Both the position numbers and the translations under genes were made by a program. From Patescibacteria group bacterium (GTDB lineage: Bacteria > Patescibacteriota > Minisyncoccia > Phycocordibacterales > SBAW01), in NCBI GenBank assembly GCA_019752125.1, contig JAIEMM010000006.1, positions 6,120-70,119 of the forward strand: a stretch of 64,000 nucleotides of DNA, given 5' to 3'. Positions 1 to 8,074 of the stretch are shown here, piece after piece (positions within the stretch are counted from its first letter, which is position 1; every line of letters starts with the position of its first letter). A model generated the notes under the pieces. That model did not search any database and was not told where the DNA came from. It worked only from the letters and a program-made list of their open reading frames with translations.

Positions 1-402
1 ACTCGCGTTAAAGATATACGCGTATTCGCAGGTGGAGCTAAAAAAGCCGACTGGGACATCGGTCTTGTTATCGACGTTATTGCAATGGCTCAAAAGCTCG
101 ACACCATCATTCTCGCTACAGGCGACGGTGACATGGTCCCGCTTGTTGAATATGTACGCTACACGTACGGCTGCCAGGTTGAAGTTATCGCATTCGGTAA
201 ATCTGCCGCGGGTATACTCCGCGATGCCGCAGATGAATTTATCGACATGGGTGAGAATCCTCGCAATTATTTGATCAACTACCGAGGTGGGGGAGGCAAA
301 GGCTTCTCTATCCCAGGTTTTGGCCATCCAACCAAACCTTCGGAAGATGAAGGCATTGATGTGGGTCAAGAAATCTACGACGATAGTGATCCGGAGGAAT
401 AA
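1..402 (+). CDS. NYN/LabA (DUF88) PIN-fold domain protein, 5'-truncated by window
   Basis: Frame 1 open from base 1: KKADWDIGLVID...LATGDGDMVPLVEYV...QVEVIAF, typical NYN motifs. Confidence 0.85.
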   Translation, partial: TRVKDIRVFAGGAKKADWDIGLVIDVIAMAQKLDTIILATGDGDMVPLVEYVRYTYGCQVEVIAFGKSAAGILRDAADEFIDMGENPRNYLINYRGGGGKGFSIPGFGHPTKPSEDEGIDVGQEIYDDSDPEE

Positions 403-411
403 AATAGACTT

Positions 412-441
412 AAAACACCGACTAGAAATAGTCGGTGTTTT
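412..441 (+). terminator. Intrinsic terminator
   Basis: aaaacaccgact-agaaat-agtcggtgtttt hairpin after the stop codon. Confidence 0.8.
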
Positions 442-482
442 GCATTACAGTGTCTATATATATGAGCAGCTTTGCTCTCATA

Positions 483-632
483 TAATCGTCGCTCGCTCGG
501 AATCAAAAGCAAGCTTTTGTTCTCTCGTTCGCTAGATTATAAGTAAGCGCGAAGGGCGCGGATACGTAGGCCTTTTCGAGAAAGTCCCTCGACGGACTCG
601 GGATAAAGAGACCTAACATTCGCGAACTTCGT
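483..632. repeat. Two structured hairpin elements upstream of pnp; the second contains a nested tccctcgacggactcgggataaa element (585-607)
   Basis: taatc...gatta stem with caaaagc-aa-gcttttg; gcgaag(549)...cttcgt(632) stem. Confidence 0.6.
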
Positions 633-641
633 CAAAATATT

Positions 642-2858
642 ATGAAGTCAAAGAAGTTCGAAACACAGGTAGGCGGCAAGACATTGTCTGCCGAGTTTAC
701 TGACCTAGCAGAAAACGCCAACGGTTCGGTTATTGTCCGTTATGGCAACACAGCGTTGCTGGCAACTGCTGTTATCTCATCACGCACACGCGATGACATC
801 GACTATTTCCCATTGAGCGTTGAGTTTGAAGAACGCTACTATGCAGCAGGCTCAATCGGAGGCTCCCGCTTTGTCCGCCGTGAAGGTCGCCCATCTGAAA
901 CAGCTATTCTTTCCGGCCGCGTTGTAGACCGCACCATCCGCCCACTATTTCCTCAGCACATGCGCAACGAAGTGCAGGTGATTATCACCATGCTTGCACT
1001 CGATGAAGAGGATCCAGCTGCAGTTGCAGTAAACGCAGCGTCGCTCGCACTCGCAACGTCTGATATCCCATGGGGTGGCCCGGTTGCTGCAGTACGTATT
1101 GGTAAAAAACTCGATGGAGATCTTATCGTCAATCCATCATATAAGGAACGAGAGGATGCAGAAAACATTTTGGACATTCTGGCATGCGGCAAAGACGGCA
1201 CTATAAACATGATCGAGGTAGGCGCAAAGGAAGTTTCTGAAGATGACATCGCTGCAGGCTTTGCTCGTGCCGTAAGCGAACACGACAAAATTTTGGAGTG
1301 GCAGAAGAAAATAATCGCAGAGATAGGCAAACAGAAGCGTGATGCGGAAAAACCAGAAATTCCAGCAGCACTCAGTGAACTGTTTGAAAAAGAATTTAAA
1401 CAAAAATTGAGCGAGGCAGTGTTCTGCGGACTTCCAAGCAAGGACGCGATCCACGAAGTGCAGGATGCGTGGATGGCCAAAATTAAAGAGTTGGCTTCAC
1501 AAAACTCTCCGCTCCAGGGAGATATACCTCGCCCTTCCGCAGAGAGTTTTGTTTCGCCTGGCGTTGCAAAGCGTTTCTTGGAAGATAAAGTAGACGAAGA
1601 AATTCACCGTGGCGCAGTCGAAGAAGGGAAGCGTGCAGACAACCGTGCGTTCGACGAAGTGCGTCCGCTGTTTGCAAAAGCAGGTGGCGTTTCTGACATA
1701 CTCCACGGCTCAGGTATTTTCTACCGTGGGGGCACGCACGTATTTAGTGCACTTACACTCGGCGGCCCTGGCGACTCACAGGTTATTGATTCTATGGAGG
1801 AGCACGATGTTAAAAAACGCTTCATGCACCACTACAACTTTCCACCATACTCTGCCGGAGAAACTGGACGTGTTGGTGGTTTGAATCGTCGCATGATTGG
1901 CCACGGAGCTCTCGCAGAAAAAGCACTCGAAGCAGTGATTCCATCTGCCCAACAATTTCCGTACACGATTCGTGTCGTATCTGAATGTCTCGCAAGCAAC
2001 GGATCAACATCGATGGGTTCTGTCTGCGCATCGACACTCGCACTTATGGATGGAGGTGTTCCATTGAAAGCGCCGGTTGCCGGCATCGCAATGGGCCTCA
2101 TGCTTTCAATGAATGGCGATGGTCGTTACAAAGTTCTCACAGACATCCAGGGACCGGAGGATGAATTTGGCGACATGGACTTTAAAGTCGCAGGCACGCG
2201 CGCAGGAGTTACTGCAATCCAGATGGACATTAAGCTCGACGGCGTGCCGGTACCAATTTTGGTTGAAGCACTCGCGGGCGCAAAGAAAGCACGTGCACAT
2301 ATTCTTGATGTTATCGAGAAAGAAATTTCTGCACCGCGCGCAAACATAAATTCTCGAGCTCCAGAAATTATCACGATGAATGTTCGACCTGACCAAATTG
2401 GTCTGGTCATCGGTGGGGGAGGAAAAACTATAAATGGAATTAAAGATGTAACTAAGGTCAGCGACATCACTATCGAAGATGATGGTTCTATTTTCATCAC
2501 TGGCAAAAACGGCACAGCGCAGATGGCAAAGACAATGATTGAAGCGCTCGTAAAAGAATACAAAGCAGGTGAGATGTACGAAGGTGAAGTAACTCGCATG
2601 ATGGACTTTGGCGCATTCGTACGCATTGGTCCAGGTAAAGATGCCGAGGGCTTGGTGCATGTTTCTGAAGTTGCGCCATTCCGCATCGAAAAGATTGCTG
2701 GCGTACTTTCGGTTGGAGATAAAGTGCGGGTTATGATTAAAGAGATAGACGAGAAAGGCCGTTTAAATCTTTCGATTAAAGCCGCAGATCCTGACTTCGC
2801 AGCACGTAAAGGTCTGACACCGTCTACTCAGCCAAATGGATCAGGACCAAAACTCTAA
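642..2858 (+). CDS. pnp: Polyribonucleotide nucleotidyltransferase (PNPase)
   Basis: RREGRPS, HYNFPPYS, SNGSTSMGSVC, GDMDFKVAGT motifs; KH and S1 domains at C-terminus. Confidence 0.98.
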   Translation: MKSKKFETQVGGKTLSAEFTDLAENANGSVIVRYGNTALLATAVISSRTRDDIDYFPLSVEFEERYYAAGSIGGSRFVRREGRPSETAILSGRVVDRTIRPLFPQHMRNEVQVIITMLALDEEDPAAVAVNAASLALATSDIPWGGPVAAVRIGKKLDGDLIVNPSYKEREDAENILDILACGKDGTINMIEVGAKEVSEDDIAAGFARAVSEHDKILEWQKKIIAEIGKQKRDAEKPEIPAALSELFEKEFKQKLSEAVFCGLPSKDAIHEVQDAWMAKIKELASQNSPLQGDIPRPSAESFVSPGVAKRFLEDKVDEEIHRGAVEEGKRADNRAFDEVRPLFAKAGGVSDILHGSGIFYRGGTHVFSALTLGGPGDSQVIDSMEEHDVKKRFMHHYNFPPYSAGETGRVGGLNRRMIGHGALAEKALEAVIPSAQQFPYTIRVVSECLASNGSTSMGSVCASTLALMDGGVPLKAPVAGIAMGLMLSMNGDGRYKVLTDIQGPEDEFGDMDFKVAGTRAGVTAIQMDIKLDGVPVPILVEALAGAKKARAHILDVIEKEISAPRANINSRAPEIITMNVRPDQIGLVIGGGGKTINGIKDVTKVSDITIEDDGSIFITGKNGTAQMAKTMIEALVKEYKAGEMYEGEVTRMMDFGAFVRIGPGKDAEGLVHVSEVAPFRIEKIAGVLSVGDKVRVMIKEIDEKGRLNLSIKAADPDFAARKGLTPSTQPNGSGPKL
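1494..1557. repeat. Hairpin element inserted in frame in pnp
   Basis: gcttc-acaaaactctc...gagagttttgt-ttcgc; 18-bp core gggagatatacctcgccc identical to the core of the 62702-62767 element. Confidence 0.85.
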
Positions 2859-4008
2859 GAATAGTTTAGACCTCAATAATATTCTGCTTCCAAAAAAGGA
2901 CGCTCCTTCTGTCGACTCCGCTCAGCGTGTCGACGCAGGAACTCTCATGCAGCAGGAACAAGCGGCGACTCTTAAGCCCCCGGTTTCTTCTAGTGATTCT
3001 GTTTCACGCTCCTCTGTAACCCCTCCTCCGCAAGAAGGTATCGCCCCTTTGCAGACGTTTCAGGGTGATATCGCGAGCGCAATTGGGAACAAGGGCGTGT
3101 CCGTAGTCTCAATAGCTGCAGCAGAAGCTAATCGACGCGGAACACAACCTGTTTCACAAGACTCACAAATAACAAACACACCAGCGCCTCACACGCTTCG
3201 CAACATCGTCTTCGCACTTATTGGTCTGCTATTTGTAGCTGGCGCTGTCGGCGCTCTTGCCTACATTGTACTATCGAACGCACCGCTTCCGCAACAACAA
3301 GCTGGCGCTACACCGTTCATCTCAATCGACAACACGAATACAATTTCCGTAGAGCCAACTGTTAAAGCACCAGGTCTTATGCAACGGCTTGTTTCGGCAA
3401 AAAATTCGGTTTCGATTTCACTCGGATTAATTGCACAATTGTATGTGGAACAGACAGGAACAACCACCGCTGCAGAACCAACATATATGAGCGCCCAAAC
3501 GCTGCTCTCTACACTAGCCCCAGAACTGTCCGACACCTTCGTGCGCAATGTTTCACCAGTGTATCTTCTTGGCGTACATTCTTTCGGCGTGAATCAGCCG
3601 TTCCTAATTTTGAAAGTCGACTCGTACGAACAAGGGTACGCGGGCATGCTTGCGTGGGAGAAGGGAATAAAAAAAGATCTTGCGCCGCTCTTTACCTACG
3701 TGCCAGCTCCTAAGATTACGAAGCCTGCGCAGAACCCAATTGCAGTTGCAACTTCAACGACCGCTACCTCAACACCGAGCCTCGCCACCTCCACCCCAGA
3801 ACTTCCACCACTCCAAACCGGCTTCACGGACGCCGTAGTACAAAATCATGACGCAAGAGTTACAGTGGACCAGTATGGCACTGTTAATTTTCTGTGGACC
3901 TTCCTCGACAGGCAGACATTGGTTATAACCACAAACCCTGATACGTTGCGTGAAATTATCGCTCGCCTCAAACAGTCGCCCATCCTCTACAAGACAACTT
4001 CTCAATAA
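2836..4008 (+). CDS. Hypothetical single-pass membrane protein
   Basis: 390-aa ORF, one TM segment (IVFALIGLLFVAGAVGALAYIVL), Thr/Pro-rich linker. Confidence 0.75.
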   Translation: MDQDQNSKNSLDLNNILLPKKDAPSVDSAQRVDAGTLMQQEQAATLKPPVSSSDSVSRSSVTPPPQEGIAPLQTFQGDIASAIGNKGVSVVSIAAAEANRRGTQPVSQDSQITNTPAPHTLRNIVFALIGLLFVAGAVGALAYIVLSNAPLPQQQAGATPFISIDNTNTISVEPTVKAPGLMQRLVSAKNSVSISLGLIAQLYVEQTGTTTAAEPTYMSAQTLLSTLAPELSDTFVRNVSPVYLLGVHSFGVNQPFLILKVDSYEQGYAGMLAWEKGIKKDLAPLFTYVPAPKITKPAQNPIAVATSTTATSTPSLATSTPELPPLQTGFTDAVVQNHDARVTVDQYGTVNFLWTFLDRQTLVITTNPDTLREIIARLKQSPILYKTTSQ

Positions 4009-4032
4009 CCCGGAGTTTGGTATGATGCATGT

Positions 4033-4407
4033 ATGCTAGAAAACATTTCACATTTTAAACAAAAATTAGAAGACGAGTTGCTCGAGGTTGAAGATCGTTT
4101 GAAAGCAGCGGGCATGCAGAACGAAGCAGGTGAGTGGGAAGTGCGCGACACAGATATTGATGAAACTGCGACTGAGTCTGACGAACTTGGCGACCGCATG
4201 GAAGAATTCGGAGAAAAGAAAGCTGAGGTTGGTGAGATAGAAATCCATTGGCGCAATATTGAACGCGCGATTGAAAAAATTGAACTCGGAACATACGGCA
4301 CCTGCGAAGTATGCGGCGAAGAGATCGAAGAGAATCGTCTCGAAATAAATCCATCTGCTCGCACCTGCAAAACCCACATGGACGAAGAATCTGGGCTCCC
4401 AGCATAA
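4033..4407 (+). CDS. DksA/TraR family zinc-finger protein
   Basis: Coiled coil, then AIEKIELGTYGTCEVCGEEIEENRLEINPSARTCKTH. Confidence 0.9.
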   Translation: MLENISHFKQKLEDELLEVEDRLKAAGMQNEAGEWEVRDTDIDETATESDELGDRMEEFGEKKAEVGEIEIHWRNIERAIEKIELGTYGTCEVCGEEIEENRLEINPSARTCKTHMDEESGLPA

Positions 4408-4436
4408 CTCACAAGCGCAAAATTTATTTTTATTTT

Positions 4437-4461
4437 ATCTCGGGATTAACTTTCCCGAGAT
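4437..4461 (+). terminator. Probable terminator
   Basis: atctcggga-ttaactt-tcccgagat followed by a T-rich run. Confidence 0.55.
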
Positions 4462-4484
4462 ATTTGTTTTTATAGAATGTGCTC

Positions 4485-6023
4485 ATGCAATATGCGCGCG
4501 TATACGGAGCCCAAGTCTCGCTCCTATCACCGCATATTGTGTCGGTAGAAACTGATCTCTCAAGAGGCCTGCATTCGTTTACTATCGTTGGCCTTCCAGA
4601 CAAGGCAGTGGAGGAGAGTCGTGACCGCGTCGCGGCGGCAATTAAACATTCTGGTTTTGATTCACCTAAAAGTAGGAACCAACGAATTGTTATTTCACTC
4701 GCCCCCGCAGATCTGCGTAAAGAAGGTCCGATGTTCGACCTCGCAATCGCGCTTTCGTACTTGCTTGCTGCGGATGATATTCGTTTTGACCCTGAAAACT
4801 ATTTATTTGTTGGAGAACTTTCGCTTGATGGACACTTGCAACCAGTGCGAGGGATTTTGCCATTAGTCGCAGAAGCAAAGCGGAGAGGGAAGAAAGCTAT
4901 CTTTGTTCCAAAGAAAAACGAGAGGGAGGCGGCGCTCGTAAACGGAATTGAAGTATATGGCGTACGTACCTTAGGTGAGGTGGTTGATCATGTGAACGAG
5001 AAAAGGGAATCAGGGAAACGACAACCCATTAAACTTGTACCAGCCCCGCCCACCAAACTTGAGCCGTCACTTCAAGAATCACAGTTTGCGTTTGAAGACA
5101 TTCGCGGGCAGGAAGGCGCAAAGCGAGCAGCAATAATCGCTGCGGCGGGCGGACACAACCTAGGGCTTAGTGGGCCGCCGGGCACTGGCAAAACAATGTT
5201 GGCTAGGGCGCTTGCCTCTGTACTTCCACCCCTGTCATTTGACGAAGTTCTAGAAGTGAATGGCATCCACTCTATTGCAGGCCTACTGCACGACAAACTT
5301 TTGACCGTACCTCCGTTCCGTTCGCCGCACCATACAGCCAGCTATGTTTCCATAGTGGGCGGCGGCGCCAACGTACGCCCAGGCGAAGTTACGCTCGCAC
5401 ATCGCGGTGTTTTGTTTTTAGATGAATTTCCAGAATTTGATAGGCGGCTTATTGAAGCCCTGCGCCAGCCGCTAGAAGATAGAGTCATTGCTGTCGCACG
5501 CGCAAAAGGCACAGCGGTGTATCCCGCCCGCTTTACATTAGTTGCAGCCATGAACCCCTGCCCGTGCGGCAACTATGGCCACCCAGAAGTTGCGTGCACC
5601 TGTAGCCCCATGTCGCTTGAACGGTACAGAAGAAAAATTTCAGGACCAATAGCCGACCGTATTGATCTCTGGATTGTAATGGGGCCTGTCGACTTACCAG
5701 AGCTTGGAAAAAGATCCGTGCAGGGGACAGAGACAGTAGCTGCACGCAGACAAGTGCTTGATGCCCGCACGATGCAGTACTCTCGGTACGGAACAACAAA
5801 AACAAACAGCGACCTTTCACCACGCGAGCTTGAAAATTTCGTCCCGCTTTCAGCTGGGGCTCGAACAGTATTAGAAAAAGCAGGGCAGCGCCTTTCGCTT
5901 TCTCCCCGCGCATTTCACCGTGTCATAAAAGTGGCCCGTACTATCGCCGACCTCGACGCCTCACCCGACATCAATGAGTCACATATCCTCGAAGCGCTGC
6001 AGTATCGACAACGGAAAATGTAA
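4485..6023 (+). CDS. comM: ComM/YifB Mg-chelatase-like AAA+ ATPase
   Basis: VGLPDKAVEESRDRV, GPPGTGKTMLA, HRGVLFLDEFPEF, AAMNPCPCG. Confidence 0.95.
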   Translation: MQYARVYGAQVSLLSPHIVSVETDLSRGLHSFTIVGLPDKAVEESRDRVAAAIKHSGFDSPKSRNQRIVISLAPADLRKEGPMFDLAIALSYLLAADDIRFDPENYLFVGELSLDGHLQPVRGILPLVAEAKRRGKKAIFVPKKNEREAALVNGIEVYGVRTLGEVVDHVNEKRESGKRQPIKLVPAPPTKLEPSLQESQFAFEDIRGQEGAKRAAIIAAAGGHNLGLSGPPGTGKTMLARALASVLPPLSFDEVLEVNGIHSIAGLLHDKLLTVPPFRSPHHTASYVSIVGGGANVRPGEVTLAHRGVLFLDEFPEFDRRLIEALRQPLEDRVIAVARAKGTAVYPARFTLVAAMNPCPCGNYGHPEVACTCSPMSLERYRRKISGPIADRIDLWIVMGPVDLPELGKRSVQGTETVAARRQVLDARTMQYSRYGTTKTNSDLSPRELENFVPLSAGARTVLEKAGQRLSLSPRAFHRVIKVARTIADLDASPDINESHILEALQYRQRKM

Positions 6024-6078
6024 CTTTGTATAAATTTAAAGAGTAATAAAACAGGATCATCGTACGAAAGGAAAATTG

Positions 6079-6630
6079 ATGGCCTACAACGTGAAGCGTC
6101 GAGCGATATTTTTCGATAGAGACGGTGTCATTAACGAACTCGTCTATCGTGGTGAAAACTTCGTAGTAGCAGACCAAAAGGTGCAGCGTACCGCTCCGTG
6201 GGTTCTACAGGAATTGCGCATTTACGACGGCGCAGCAGCTGTGATCCAACAGGTTCGTGAGAAAGGATACATGGCTATCATCGCAACCAATCAACCCGAT
6301 ATGCGACACGGCCTTATGGAGCAAGCGGCGTTGTTTGCAATCATGAATGCCGTTTGCGCACTTGGTTTCGACGATGCATTCATGTGTACTCATACTCGAG
6401 CTGAAGGTTGCCTTTGCCATAAACCTTTACCTGGCATGCTTCACCAAGCGGAGAAGAAGTGGAATCTAGACATGAGCGATTCGTTCATGCTTGGTGATAT
6501 GGAGACAGATCTCCAAGCAGCCCGAGCTGCAGGATGTACACCAGTTCTTATTGATCGGCCCTACAACATCAACGTGCCCGCCGAACATCGTATCAACACT
6601 CACGCAGAATTGTTGAGGCTCATTAACTGA
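6079..6630 (+). CDS. HAD-IIIA hydrolase (GmhB/HisB-N-like phosphatase)
   Basis: FFDRDGVIN, ATNQP, CLCHKPLPGML, MLGD; SD aaagga upstream. Confidence 0.88.
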   Translation: MAYNVKRRAIFFDRDGVINELVYRGENFVVADQKVQRTAPWVLQELRIYDGAAAVIQQVREKGYMAIIATNQPDMRHGLMEQAALFAIMNAVCALGFDDAFMCTHTRAEGCLCHKPLPGMLHQAEKKWNLDMSDSFMLGDMETDLQAARAAGCTPVLIDRPYNINVPAEHRINTHAELLRLIN

Positions 6631-6632
6631 GC

Positions 6633-6669
6633 AAAAGCGTCCTCTCAGTTCAAGAAGGGACGCTTTTTT
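6633..6669. terminator. Bidirectional terminator
   Basis: aaaagcgtcc...ggacgctttt between convergent genes. Confidence 0.7.
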
Positions 6670-6682
6670 CTATATAAAAATA

Positions 6683-7750
6683 TTAGTTGCTGCTGCCAAC
6701 ACCGAGAGAAGCGAATGGGTTCTTAGCACCACGAACTTCGAAGTGGAGGTGGAAGCCGGTAGATTGGCCAGTAGAACCGACCTTGCCGATTACATCACCT
6801 TGGTCAACCTGGGATCCGGGCGAAGTAAGTACTTTACTCATGTGTGCGTACAGTGTTTGAGTGCCGTTTGAGTGTTGAATAACGACATAACTACCGTACC
6901 CACCATTCCATCCACCGTTGCCGTTTGCAACAATAACAGTACCTCCGGCTGCGGCGTAGATTGATGTTCCTTTAGGTGCGCCGATGTCGACGCCGTTCCA
7001 TCCGTGCAAACCTTGTGTGATGATGCCGTCTGCAACTGGCCATGCATAGTAGCCAGAGATAGCTGGGCCAGAGCCGCCAAGATACGGTTCTGTTGTTTTG
7101 CCGCTCGCAATATTTTTTATCTTAGTTGTATTTGAATTCGATTTGGTCGGAACCGGGGCCGAGAGTACTCCGTTTGGAATCAAAAGTACATCACCAACAG
7201 TAAGCGCTTGTCCGTCCGCCAAATCGTTATATGCCGCAATGCCGTGTGCATCAGAATTGTATTTTTTTGCAAGCGACGCCAGCGTCTCGCCTTTTACAAC
7301 GGTGTGTTGAATACCGGTAATAGGCAAGATAATGAGCGTCTGGCCCGGCTGGATTACGCCTTTTTTAATATCGTTTGCGCCCAAGATAGTGTTAGTCGAC
7401 ACATCAAACATGTCCGCGATGCTCGACAATGTATCGCCCTCGCGTACGGTATAGACGCTGATTTGCTGATTTGTTGGGAGGTTTTCTATATCCGCTGCCG
7501 TTCCAGAAGGCCCCTCCTGAGCGATAAGTGCCGAACCGTTAACCACTGTGATGCCACCACCTCCAACAGAAGGACTCGGGTCGAGGTTTACAGCTGGAGC
7601 AAGAAGGGTCATTCGCTGTGAGTTAGATGCTCCGCCCGCCGCACTGCTTACAGCAGCTGAGCTATTTAGAAGGGAAGAAAAAATACTAGCGGAGGCTAGT
7701 ATAGGCATACAAAAGACAAAAGATGCTCCGCTTAGGGCGAGGGCGATCAT
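6683..7750 (-). CDS. LysM + M23 peptidase (peptidoglycan endopeptidase)
   Basis: Two LysM repeats (YTVREGDTLSSIA, HTVVKGETLASLA); HxxxD-like site and HLHFEV. Confidence 0.92.
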   Translation of the reverse strand: MIALALSGASFVFCMPILASASIFSSLLNSSAAVSSAAGGASNSQRMTLLAPAVNLDPSPSVGGGGITVVNGSALIAQEGPSGTAADIENLPTNQQISVYTVREGDTLSSIADMFDVSTNTILGANDIKKGVIQPGQTLIILPITGIQHTVVKGETLASLAKKYNSDAHGIAAYNDLADGQALTVGDVLLIPNGVLSAPVPTKSNSNTTKIKNIASGKTTEPYLGGSGPAISGYYAWPVADGIITQGLHGWNGVDIGAPKGTSIYAAAGGTVIVANGNGGWNGGYGSYVVIQHSNGTQTLYAHMSKVLTSPGSQVDQGDVIGKVGSTGQSTGFHLHFEVRGAKNPFASLGVGSSN

Positions 7751-7932
7751 AGCGAACTTTTTTACCCTTATTGAAGGGTCTGTAGTGGGATGCTTTAAGA
7801 TAAGCCTATTGGGTCCTCGCCCTGCAGTTTCAGCAATTAAATGGCTTTGTTAAGCCACTTCATCTATCGTTCATCTGTTACTAACTAACTATATAAAAGG
7901 AGGGGGGAGGGTCAACTTGACGACCCGTGAAC

Positions 7933-8019
7933 TGTGGACAATGGTTGGGCGGGCCCGGAAATATCCACCTATACAAGGCTATATTTAGATGAAGGAACAC
8001 TATTTACAGGTGTGGAAAG
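7933..8019. promoter_or_regulatory. DnaA-box-like cluster upstream of uvrD
   Basis: tgtggacaa 7933-7941, atatccacc 7961-7969, tgtggaaag 8011-8019. Confidence 0.4.
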
Positions 8020-8074
8020 CTGTATTCTAGTGTTATTCCTAGGGGAAATCTGAGTCTCGGGGTACTTTATAGAG

